Shown here: positions 1 to 6,794 of the stretch, in pieces | How the letters are laid out: every line of letters begins with the position of its first letter | Numbering within the stretch: the first letter of the stretch is position 1 | Source of the DNA: Myxococcota bacterium | Lineage (GTDB): Bacteria > Myxococcota > JACRCW01 | DNA length: 18,689 nt | Assembly (NCBI GenBank): GCA_040752415.1 | Contig: JBFMGU010000206.1 | Coordinates: 1-18,689, forward strand | Reading direction: 5' to 3' | Notes under the pieces: generated by a model | Seen by the model: the letters and a program-made list of their open reading frames with translations, nothing else | The model's database searches: none | What the model was told of the DNA's origin: nothing | Position numbers and translations under genes: made by a program

Positions 1-589
1 GCTGGCGGGGAGCCTCGGCGCGCACGGGAGGGCGTGGTGGCGGGGTACGCGGCGGGGGCGGCTCGGACTCTTCCTCCGCGGTGATGATGCTGGAGACGTT
101 GCGGTCCACCGCCGCGGCCGCGCCGCGCTCCGGCCTCTCCGGCTGCGCCAGCGACGAGGTCTCGCGGAAATTCGCATAGCGCCGCGGCATGCGGCCGGTC
201 AGGTAGCTGAGCGCCTGCGTGCGCAGGTTGGTCATGTCCTGCCCGCTGCGCAGGAGCAGCTCGTGCGCCAGGCTCTCACGGAGGCGCGTGATGGCGAGCA
301 GGAGGTGGAGACAGTTGACGTCGCGGGAGCCGCAGCTCAGCGCCAGCTGCTCGGTCTTCTCACGCAGCTCACGGAACGCCGCGGGCGCCTCGCGGTCACC
401 ACGTCGGATGACGGCGAGGATGCGGTCCTCGTTGATGCGCCGGTCTCCGAGCAGGACCTGCGCGTGGTTGGGCAGCGTGAACATGGCAAGCAGCACATGC
501 GCGGTGGTGCACTGCTGCTCCACGCGCTCGGCGATGTCACGTGCCTCGTCAAAGACCTGGCTGAGCTCAACGGCAACGGGAAGGGCCAC
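1..589 (-). CDS. Clp protease ATP-binding subunit (ClpA/ClpC/ClpB family), N-terminal part only; runs off the window edge
   Basis: Not in the ORF track; translated by hand from GTG at 589: MALPVAVELSQVFDEARDIAERVEQQCTTAHVLLAMFTLPNHAQVLL...TEQLALSCGSRDVNCLHLLLAI...LRTQALSYLTGRMPRR, then a Pro-rich linker. Two Clp N-domain-like repeats (A..IA...T.AH.LLA and LHLLLAI). The AAA+ domains are outside the window. Confidence 0.75.
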   Translation of the reverse strand, partial: MALPVAVELSQVFDEARDIAERVEQQCTTAHVLLAMFTLPNHAQVLLGDRRINEDRILAVIRRGDREAPAAFRELREKTEQLALSCGSRDVNCLHLLLAITRLRESLAHELLLRSGQDMTNLRTQALSYLTGRMPRRYANFRETSSLAQPERPERGAAAAVDRNVSSIITAEEESEPPPPRTPPPRPPVRAEAPRQ

Positions 590-674
590 GGCGCAATATC
601 AAGCGCCTGTTTGGGGCTTCCGTCAATGAGCAAGTGGAGGATGCCGCAAGGCGCCGGACAGCTCACGGAACCCG

Positions 675-857
675 TCAGCGGCGAGGATGGCACCCTTCAC
701 TGGGTCGTTCACGTGCATCAGAGTTCCCATCACGCTGCTTTTGACGAAGGACCCACTCGCCCAACCGCTGCATGTCCAGCGTGCATTGGCGGAGAATCCG
801 TCGTGCGTGGTCGTCGTCAGCCAGCCTCTTGGCCAGCTCTTCGGGACTCATCCTCAT
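675..857 (-). CDS. Possible small hypothetical protein (60 aa)
   Basis: Co-oriented ORF with an amphipathic-helix-like N-terminal half (SPEELAKRLADDDHARRILRQCTLDMQRLGEWVLRQ). No clear RBS and only moderate GC3. Confidence 0.3.
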   Translation of the reverse strand: MRMSPEELAKRLADDDHARRILRQCTLDMQRLGEWVLRQKQRDGNSDARERPSEGCHPRR

Positions 858-991
858 GCTGAAGGGAAGTTACGCTTGCGACACACGGGCGCCAACGGGT
901 TCACTTCACCGCACGTTGAGCAACGTCGGCAGCGCACGCGCATCAGGGGGTGCGTCAGTACAAGATGCGGAGTGGGGTTGCAGACGTCGGG

Positions 992-1180
992 AGCGGACCA
1001 CGACCTGGAGTGCGGCGGGCCCTCGCCGCCCTGGCCAGCGCTGAGCGCGTTCACAACGGGCCGAACAGACCTGGGGCTCAATGACATCGTGCGAGGCGCG
1101 TGGATCCTTGACGGTTGTCCAAACCGCTCGACGCTGACCAGGGCGGCGAGGGCCCTCCGCACTCCAGGTCGTGGTTCGCT
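992..1180. repeat. Long inverted repeat: 56-bp arms (992-1047 and 1125-1180) around a 77-bp spacer
   Basis: Left arm agcggaccacgacctggagtgcggcgggccctcgccgccctggccagcgctgagcg versus reverse complement of right arm agcgaaccacgacctggagtgcggagggccctcgccgccctggtcagcgtcgagcg: 51/56 identical. Confidence 0.95.
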
Positions 1181-1225
1181 GGAGGCGGTCAGGACCAGGT
1201 GGGCAACCTATCTTGACGCAGCCCC

Positions 1226-2377
1226 TCACGGCGGGAAGCACGCCGCGCCGGCGCCACCCGTGAACGCCAGGCACTCCTGGCCCGTGGGGCAGCAGGTGCC
1301 CGGGTCAACGGTTCCGCCGTCGGCCACGGGCTGCAGGCACGCGCCGGAGACGGGGCCCGCGTCAGGAGGATTGCAGGCGCGCACGCAGGTGGCCGGGCCG
1401 TTGTTCTTGCTGGCGCACACCAGGCACTGCGCACACAGGGCACCGCCGCCGCAGGCCCCGCCCTCGGTCACCGCCGGGAGGCAGACGCCACGACGTTGCG
1501 CGTCGTTCTCGATGGGAACGCAGTCCTGCGCCTCTCCGCAGTCCGCGCACTGCTCCACTTCCAGCGAGCAGATAAGACGGCAGCGCGCTGGCGTGGCGCT
1601 GTTCTTGTCCTCGTCAATGCACGCGTGGTTCGTCGCACACCGCGCGCCGCTGGCGCAGACCTCACCGGCGATGGGCAGGCGGCAGACGTTGGGGATGTTG
1701 GCCTCCGGCGTGCCGGCAACGCAGGGCATGCGCGAGTCATTGCAGGTGTTGTTGGGACGACAGGTGGAGAACTCCTCGCCGGGGAGCGGGCCGAAGCAGA
1801 GGTCCGCCTGGGAGCCACCGTCCACCGTCACCGACGAGCACGTCTGACCAAAGAGGCAGCAGTTGGCAAGGCGGACGCCACCAATCTCCGCGCGGTCCGG
1901 GTACGTGCAGTAGGAGTAGTCCCCCGGCGGCGCGGTCCCGACGGGGGGCGGCGGGATGTCCCCGCGACAGCTCCGTCGACACGTGGGCGGATCCCCCGCC
2001 TCCTCCGCGCCGCAGGTCAGGCACTGCGCGCACGGCTTGGCCACGCACTGCTCACCTTCCTTGGCGCCGGGCGTGCACGCGGAGATGCCGGCCCCTCCGT
2101 CCTGGGGGAAGAGCTTGCACACCGACGTGGCGCCGCACCCGCCGCACGCGTTGGGGTCACCCTGCGTGCAGATGGGACGGCAGACTTTGTTGTTGGCTTC
2201 CTGCACGCAGACCAGGCCGCTCTGGCACCGGTCCTCCGCCATGCACGGGTCACCGCTGAAACCACGGCGACGGTCCGGCACCGGCTCATACTGGCACTCC
2301 ACGCCGGACAGCGACGCGGAAACCGCCAACACGCCGATGGGCCAGAGGATGCGCTTCCACGTCCAGGGCTGCGTCAT
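1226..2377 (-). CDS. Exported cysteine-rich repeat protein (383 aa), possible lipoprotein
   Basis: Strong RBS (GAGGGAGG) upstream of the ATG. Hydrophobic N-terminal signal ending LSGVEC. Internally duplicated Cys modules (CGGCG/CADCG, CAQCLTC/CAQCLVC, CC..GQ.C). Confidence 0.85.
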   Translation of the reverse strand: MTQPWTWKRILWPIGVLAVSASLSGVECQYEPVPDRRRGFSGDPCMAEDRCQSGLVCVQEANNKVCRPICTQGDPNACGGCGATSVCKLFPQDGGAGISACTPGAKEGEQCVAKPCAQCLTCGAEEAGDPPTCRRSCRGDIPPPPVGTAPPGDYSYCTYPDRAEIGGVRLANCCLFGQTCSSVTVDGGSQADLCFGPLPGEEFSTCRPNNTCNDSRMPCVAGTPEANIPNVCRLPIAGEVCASGARCATNHACIDEDKNSATPARCRLICSLEVEQCADCGEAQDCVPIENDAQRRGVCLPAVTEGGACGGGALCAQCLVCASKNNGPATCVRACNPPDAGPVSGACLQPVADGGTVDPGTCCPTGQECLAFTGGAGAACFPP

Positions 2378-2409
2378 GATGCGTCCTCCCTCGCGTCACC
2401 CGTCCCGCA

Positions 2410-3627
2410 TCACGGCGCGGAGCAGAAACCCGTTCCGGGTGACGAGGTCGGCAGGCACGTGGCGCCTTGCTGCGTGCACGTTCCTCCGTCCAGGGCGCAG
2501 GCCTCGTAACACAGGGGCGGATTCTGGTCCACGCTCAAGCACAGGAGTCCCTGCAGACAGCTCGGCGGCGCGCACGACTCACCCAGCGACGCACCCGCGG
2601 CACAGAACCCCGCGTCCACGGCGAGCAGCGGCTCACACACTTCATTGCCGGCGCATCCGCTGTCGGGCGTGGTGGGTGCGCAGCCCTGCTCACAGAACGC
2701 GCCGCCGTCCGCCACCTGGCGCACACAGAAGAGGCCTTGCTGGCACGGCGCGGGAGAACACGGGTCACCACGTCCCCCCGCCCCGCCCGACGACGACGAG
2801 CCACCACCGCCCAGCGTGGTGCAGTAGGAGAGGCCCGGGTTGTTGAGCGGCTGGCAGGTGGTGCCGCCCTCGGTGCAATCCGGCGTGGTGGTGCAGCGCT
2901 GGAAGCAGCGGGCGGGTGTGTTGTTCTCGCTGATGCACAGCAGGCCGTCCTGGCAGGGCAATTCGCCACACTCCTGGCCCAGGCCCGCGGCGGGCTCGCA
3001 GAATCCGCCGTCCACGCCGAACAGCGACGTGCACCGGTTTCCGGGCGCGCAGCCCGCGTCGACGGCGCCGGGCGCGCACGCGGTCTGGCAGTAGGCCTGC
3101 TCCGGGCTGGGTCCCACGCAGTATTCCCCGGGCGCGCACGGCTCCGGCGAACACTCGCGCGGTCCGCCGCTGCTGCTGGAGGACGCGCTGCTGGAAGTGG
3201 TCCCGCCCGACGAGGACGATGTCGTTCCGGAGCTGGTGGAGGACGACCCCGTCACCGACGTGGAGGTGGTCCCGGTGCTGGACGCGCTGCCCGAGCTGGA
3301 GGTGCTCCCCGCCGACGACGTGCTGGTGGATGACGTGGTGGCGGCGCTGCTCGTCGACGACGTGGAGCTGGTGCTCCCGGTGGACGCGCCGGAGGATGAC
3401 GACGTGGCCGTCCCCGAGGAAGCACTGGACCCCGTCGTGGACGAGGAGGTCGACGACGAGGCGGTGCCGCCGTCGCGCTGCTCGGTGATGAGCGAACCGT
3501 CGGGGTTGGTGGTGGAGAGCGGGCCGGCGTCATCCACGGGCTCGTCCGGGTTGGAACCCGTGCCCACGCACGAGGCAAACGCAGAGAAGAGGATGACGAC
3601 GCGGAAGGGGCCTCGGGCGGCTGTCAT
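2410..3627 (-). CDS. Lipoprotein with a ~100-aa Ser/Thr-rich linker and a duplicated Cys-rich domain (405 aa)
   Basis: Basic N-terminus, hydrophobic stretch and lipobox FAS-C20. Low-complexity S/T tract, then four Cys modules. Starts 7 bp after the udk stop. Confidence 0.85.
   Translation of the reverse strand: MTAARGPFRVVILFSAFASCVGTGSNPDEPVDDAGPLSTTNPDGSLITEQRDGGTASSSTSSSTTGSSASSGTATSSSSGASTGSTSSTSSTSSAATTSSTSTSSAGSTSSSGSASSTGTTSTSVTGSSSTSSGTTSSSSGGTTSSSASSSSSGGPRECSPEPCAPGEYCVGPSPEQAYCQTACAPGAVDAGCAPGNRCTSLFGVDGGFCEPAAGLGQECGELPCQDGLLCISENNTPARCFQRCTTTPDCTEGGTTCQPLNNPGLSYCTTLGGGGSSSSGGAGGRGDPCSPAPCQQGLFCVRQVADGGAFCEQGCAPTTPDSGCAGNEVCEPLLAVDAGFCAAGASLGESCAPPSCLQGLLCLSVDQNPPLCYEACALDGGTCTQQGATCLPTSSPGTGFCSAP
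3169..3465 (-). repeat. Low-complexity Ser/Thr-rich coding tract
   Basis: About 99 codons encoding almost only S, T, G and A (one V), using mixed Ser codons rather than a perfect DNA tandem repeat. Confidence 0.9.
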
Positions 3628-3634
3628 GGCGTCG

Positions 3635-4300
3635 TCAGGTTGCCATGCGTTCCAGCGGCCTGCCAGGCACCGCCGCGGCCAGGTTCTTCTCCATGGCGGC
3701 GCGCAGGCCCTCGGCCACCATGGTCACCGCCACGTCATTCACGCCTTCATTGGGGATGACCACGTCGGCGTGACGACGGGACGGCCACACGTAGCCCAGG
3801 TGCATGGGGCGCACGGAGCGGAAGTACTGCTCCAGCACCTGGTCCACGCTGCGGCCCCGCTCATGCACGTCGCGGGAGAGGCGGCGGGCCAGGCGCACGT
3901 CCGCGTCGTTGTCGACGAAGATCTTGGCGCTCATGTGCTCGCGCAGCCACCCGTCGTGCAGGGCCATGATCCCTTCCACGATGATGATGGGCAGCGGGTC
4001 CACGCGCGTGGTCTCCCGCGTGCGCACGCTCTCCACGAAGCTGTAGACCGGCTTGTGCACGGCGCGGCCGTCCAGAAGGTCCGTGATGTGCTTCTGGATG
4101 AGGGCCCAGTCGAACGCGTCGGGGTGGTCGAAGTTGAAGGCCTTGCGCTCCGCCAGCGGCAGGTCGCTCTGGTCCAGGTAGTAGGAATCCAGGTCGACGA
4201 CGACAGCCGAGCCCTCCGGCAGGTGGGCCATGATCTTCCTGGCAACCGTGGTCTTCCCAGAGCCCGTCCCCCCGGCGATGCCCACCAGCAGCCTGCGCAA
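3635..4300 (-). CDS. udk: Uridine kinase
   Basis: Walker A GIAGGTGSGKTT, DSYY, NFDHPDAFD, IIVEGI, IFVD..ADVRLARR..RDVHERGR, ADVVIP. Start most likely TTG at 4300 (AGGAGG 5 nt upstream); alternative GTG at 4321 overlaps the nadD stop. Confidence 0.95.
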   Translation of the reverse strand: MRRLLVGIAGGTGSGKTTVARKIMAHLPEGSAVVVDLDSYYLDQSDLPLAERKAFNFDHPDAFDWALIQKHITDLLDGRAVHKPVYSFVESVRTRETTRVDPLPIIIVEGIMALHDGWLREHMSAKIFVDNDADVRLARRLSRDVHERGRSVDQVLEQYFRSVRPMHLGYVWPSRRHADVVIPNEGVNDVAVTMVAEGLRAAMEKNLAAAVPGRPLERMAT

Positions 4301-4317
4301 TGGAACCTCCTGCCAAG

Positions 4318-4860
4318 TCACACTTCAGAATAGAGCCGGTTGGCCACAGCGTAGTCCAGCACCCTGCGGTCCAGAAGCCCCTCAACGCTCTGGCCCAGGG
4401 CCAAGCGCCGCCGGATCTCCGTGCTGCTCACCTCCGGCAGCATCACGGAGCCCGCGGCCGGATACCCCGCCCTCCCCACCACCACCACGCGCGCCAGCCG
4501 CTCAATCTCCGGCCACGCCTTCCACTGCGGCGTCTCCGGCAGCACATCCGCTCCCACGACGAGCGACAGCTCGATCCCCGGGAACCGCTCCCTCAGCGCC
4601 TTCAGGGTATCCACGGTGTAGGACGGCTGGGGCAGATCCCCCTCCAGCGCGCTGACCCGTGCGCCGCGGAAGCGCTGCATGGCCAGCTCCGTCATGGCCA
4701 CGCGGTGATGGAACGGGACCAGCTGCTTGCCAAACGCGTGCGAGCCGGTGGGCATGGCCCACACCTCATCCACGGGCTGCGTGGCCAGCACGTAGGCCAC
4801 GGCCAGCTGGTGCGCCACATGGGGCGGATTGAAGCTGCCTCCGTAGATGGCAACCCGCAC
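4318..4860 (-). CDS. nadD: Nicotinate-nucleotide adenylyltransferase
   Basis: YGGSFNPPHVAH, PSYTVDTL, VVGAD, WK.W, VSSTEIR and Y...NRLY motifs. RBS GAGGAGG upstream of the GTG. Confidence 0.93.
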   Translation of the reverse strand: MRVAIYGGSFNPPHVAHQLAVAYVLATQPVDEVWAMPTGSHAFGKQLVPFHHRVAMTELAMQRFRGARVSALEGDLPQPSYTVDTLKALRERFPGIELSLVVGADVLPETPQWKAWPEIERLARVVVVGRAGYPAAGSVMLPEVSSTEIRRRLALGQSVEGLLDRRVLDYAVANRLYSEV

Positions 4861-4878
4861 GTCTCCTCCTCGACGGAA

Positions 4879-5496
4879 TCACTTGGCGGAAAAACGCGTG
4901 CCGCCCGCCACGTTCAGGCTCTCACCGCCAACCTGCCGACCCTGCAGGTCATAGAAGCCCACTTCCAGCGTGAGGCCTTCCAACGTGAGCACCGCCACGC
5001 GCGCAACGTCGTCACCGCCGGAGACGGAGCCGGGCGTGATGAACGCGCGCGCGCCAATGCGGACCACCGCCGGCTTCTTGCTCTTGCCGTGGAGGATCAG
5101 CGTGGCGTTGGCAATGTCCTCCTTGGTGAGGTCCGCCTTGTCATGCACCAGCAGGCAGATCTGGTTGCCCAGCATCTCAATCTGCTTGCGCTCGTGCTCC
5201 TCGTCGCTGGCGGCGCGCTCGGGCACCCGCACCAGCAGCTCCGACTGCAGCTCCGAGGGCGCCGCGCTCTCCGCTTCCGCGGCCAGGAACGCCGTCATGG
5301 CGCTCAGCACGTCATCCCCTGCTGACGGAGGCTTGGCGGCGGGTGTCGACGTCATCGGAGGAAGGTGGTCCACGTCCGCCCAGTTGCCGCCCAGGAAGAA
5401 GACCCGCTGGCACTGCAGCGTCTGGCGCAGCAGCGTGATGGCCCGACCGAGGGCCGCCACGTCACCACTGCTGTCGGAAGCGAGTCCCACGCGCAT
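4879..5496 (-). CDS. Calcineurin-like metallophosphoesterase-fold protein (YfcE/Vps29-like) with degenerate metal ligands
   Basis: Motif order MRVGLASDSSG / VFFLGG / LLVHDK / LILHGKSKKP / FITPGS parallels SDxHG / xxGD / HG / GHTH.P / NPGS. Confidence 0.7.
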   Translation of the reverse strand: MRVGLASDSSGDVAALGRAITLLRQTLQCQRVFFLGGNWADVDHLPPMTSTPAAKPPSAGDDVLSAMTAFLAAEAESAAPSELQSELLVRVPERAASDEEHERKQIEMLGNQICLLVHDKADLTKEDIANATLILHGKSKKPAVVRIGARAFITPGSVSGGDDVARVAVLTLEGLTLEVGFYDLQGRQVGGESLNVAGGTRFSAK

Positions 5497-5506
5497 GCGG
5501 GTGGAC

Positions 5507-5533
5507 AGTGTAGCGCATTGGCGCGGCCGTCAA
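5507..5533 (-). promoter_or_regulatory. Candidate sigma70-type promoter for the phosphoesterase-nadD-udk genes
   Basis: TTGACG (5533-5528), 15-bp spacer, TACACT (5512-5507), filling the 38-bp intergenic gap. The spacer is shorter than optimal. Confidence 0.4.
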
Positions 5534-5534
5534 T

Positions 5535-6776
5535 TCACGGACCCGCGTCTCCGACTCCGCCGTCCTCGGGTGGGACATAGGCGTCCCAGGCCATTCCTCC
5601 GTCGCACGGACCCAGGCCGCAGCGACCCGAGACGCATTCCAACCCGGGGCAACCCGCGTCGCACGGCTCACCCACCCGAGCGTGGGCCACGCACAACCCG
5701 CCCGCGCAGCTGCTCTGGAAGCACGGCTCCTGCGCCCCCGGCGAACACTCCTCACCTGCGCGAGGACGACGCTGACACGTTCCGCCGCTGCACACCGTGT
5801 CCGCGGTGCAGATGACGCCCGTGCCACACGCCGAGCCCTCCCCCACGATCTCCAGCGGCGCGCACACGTCGTCGTCGCAGAACAGACGCACGCCGTTGTC
5901 CTCACACGGCGGCGCGGTCCGGGCCTGGGGGTCGCAACCCTCGCCTTCCCGCGCGAGGCGTCGACAGCTGGGCGAGGTGGTGCCCACGCAGACCAGACCC
6001 TCCTGGCACGTCAGCGGGATGGGGAAGTTGGCGATGTAGGTCACGCACGCGGCGCCCTCCCCGACGGGAGCGGTGCACGCGGCCAGTTGCGGAATGGGCG
6101 GGCTGCAGCTCGTTCCGTCGGGGCACAGGTCCGGGGTTTCCGCGCAGGCCGCGCCCACGGCAAGCAGACCGCGACAGCGACCCTCCACGCAGCGCAAGCC
6201 GGTCTGACAGCTGGACGCGTCCCAGCACGGTCCATCCATGCCGTACCGGGAAACGCACAGCCCGCAGGTGTCGGGGCCGCCGCTGCAGAACAGACCGGGC
6301 GCGCACTCGTGCTCCCGTCGACACGCGCGATCCAGCGTCACGGCGCCGGAGAAGACCAGGCCACAGCTTGTGGGCTCTTCGCCACCGCAGGAACGACCAC
6401 CGCGCTGCTCCACGCAACCGCGTGCATGGTGCGTGTCATACGTGACCCGTCCCGCCGCCTCCGATGCGAGCAGATCCGCGTGCTCCATCTCGCAGCGGGT
6501 GCGCATGCCGTCGGCGCAGCCGGACTGACCGCCCAGTCCCTGGAAGAGCGCGGGGTCGCAGCGTGACGCGTAGTCGCATTCCGCGCGGGCCCACGCCGCG
6601 CAGTAGTCGGCGGCGCCGCCTTCCAGGCCGGAGGGGAACGTGTTGAATCGCTCCGCCACGGCGGGATCACACCAGCAGCCCGGTGCCTGCAGGGCCAGCC
6701 ACAACGACGCGAGCGCAACGAAGGTGGGGACGGGAAGTCGGGACGTCTTCACGGCCTCGGTGGGATACGCGAGCAC
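5535..6776 (-). CDS. Exported cysteine-rich protein, probable lipoprotein (413 aa)
   Basis: Signal-like stretch ending APG-CWC. N-terminal helical Cys domain (YCAAWARAEC...RC...GRVTYD...A..C), followed by many G..C....C..GL.C...C repeats. Start could be GTG 6752. Confidence 0.85.
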   Translation of the reverse strand: MLAYPTEAVKTSRLPVPTFVALASLWLALQAPGCWCDPAVAERFNTFPSGLEGGAADYCAAWARAECDYASRCDPALFQGLGGQSGCADGMRTRCEMEHADLLASEAAGRVTYDTHHARGCVEQRGGRSCGGEEPTSCGLVFSGAVTLDRACRREHECAPGLFCSGGPDTCGLCVSRYGMDGPCWDASSCQTGLRCVEGRCRGLLAVGAACAETPDLCPDGTSCSPPIPQLAACTAPVGEGAACVTYIANFPIPLTCQEGLVCVGTTSPSCRRLAREGEGCDPQARTAPPCEDNGVRLFCDDDVCAPLEIVGEGSACGTGVICTADTVCSGGTCQRRPRAGEECSPGAQEPCFQSSCAGGLCVAHARVGEPCDAGCPGLECVSGRCGLGPCDGGMAWDAYVPPEDGGVGDAGP

Positions 6777-6794
6777 GCCCCCGAGGGCAATGCG

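Noticed and set aside
590..680. CIRCE or CtsR-type heat-shock operator upstream of the clp gene
   Set aside because: No TTAGCACTC-N9-GAGTGCTAA and no tandem CtsR repeat seen. TTGACG and GATATT are 20 bp apart, too far for a confident sigma70 call.
854..1162. 102-aa minus-strand ORF with CRRCSTC and an ATGA overlap with the next small ORF
   Set aside because: It runs through both arms of the inverted repeat, has no RBS and weak codon bias, so it is more likely incidental. Not fully excluded.
992..1180. 6S RNA or intrinsic terminator as the identity of the hairpin
   Set aside because: Length fits 6S, but the stem is a continuous 56 bp with no evident central bubble between two stems. It is too long for a terminator and lacks a U-tract. 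An Rfam search would settle it.
219..1847. Plus-strand ORFs 219-629, 263-862 and 687-1847
   Set aside because: Antisense to the clp gene or the Cys-rich gene, with no recognisable motifs.
1226..2377. CxxCxxC motifs (CAQCLTC, CAQCLVC) as ferredoxin Fe-S sites
   Set aside because: The protein is exported and uniformly Cys-rich, and lacks the CxxCxxCxxxCP pattern; disulfides are more plausible.
3197..4333. 378-aa plus-strand ORF with a striking V/D/E/L/P-rich N-terminus
   Set aside because: It is the antisense reading of the Ser/Thr linker and udk; Ser/Thr codons read as Val/Asp/Glu/Leu on the other strand.
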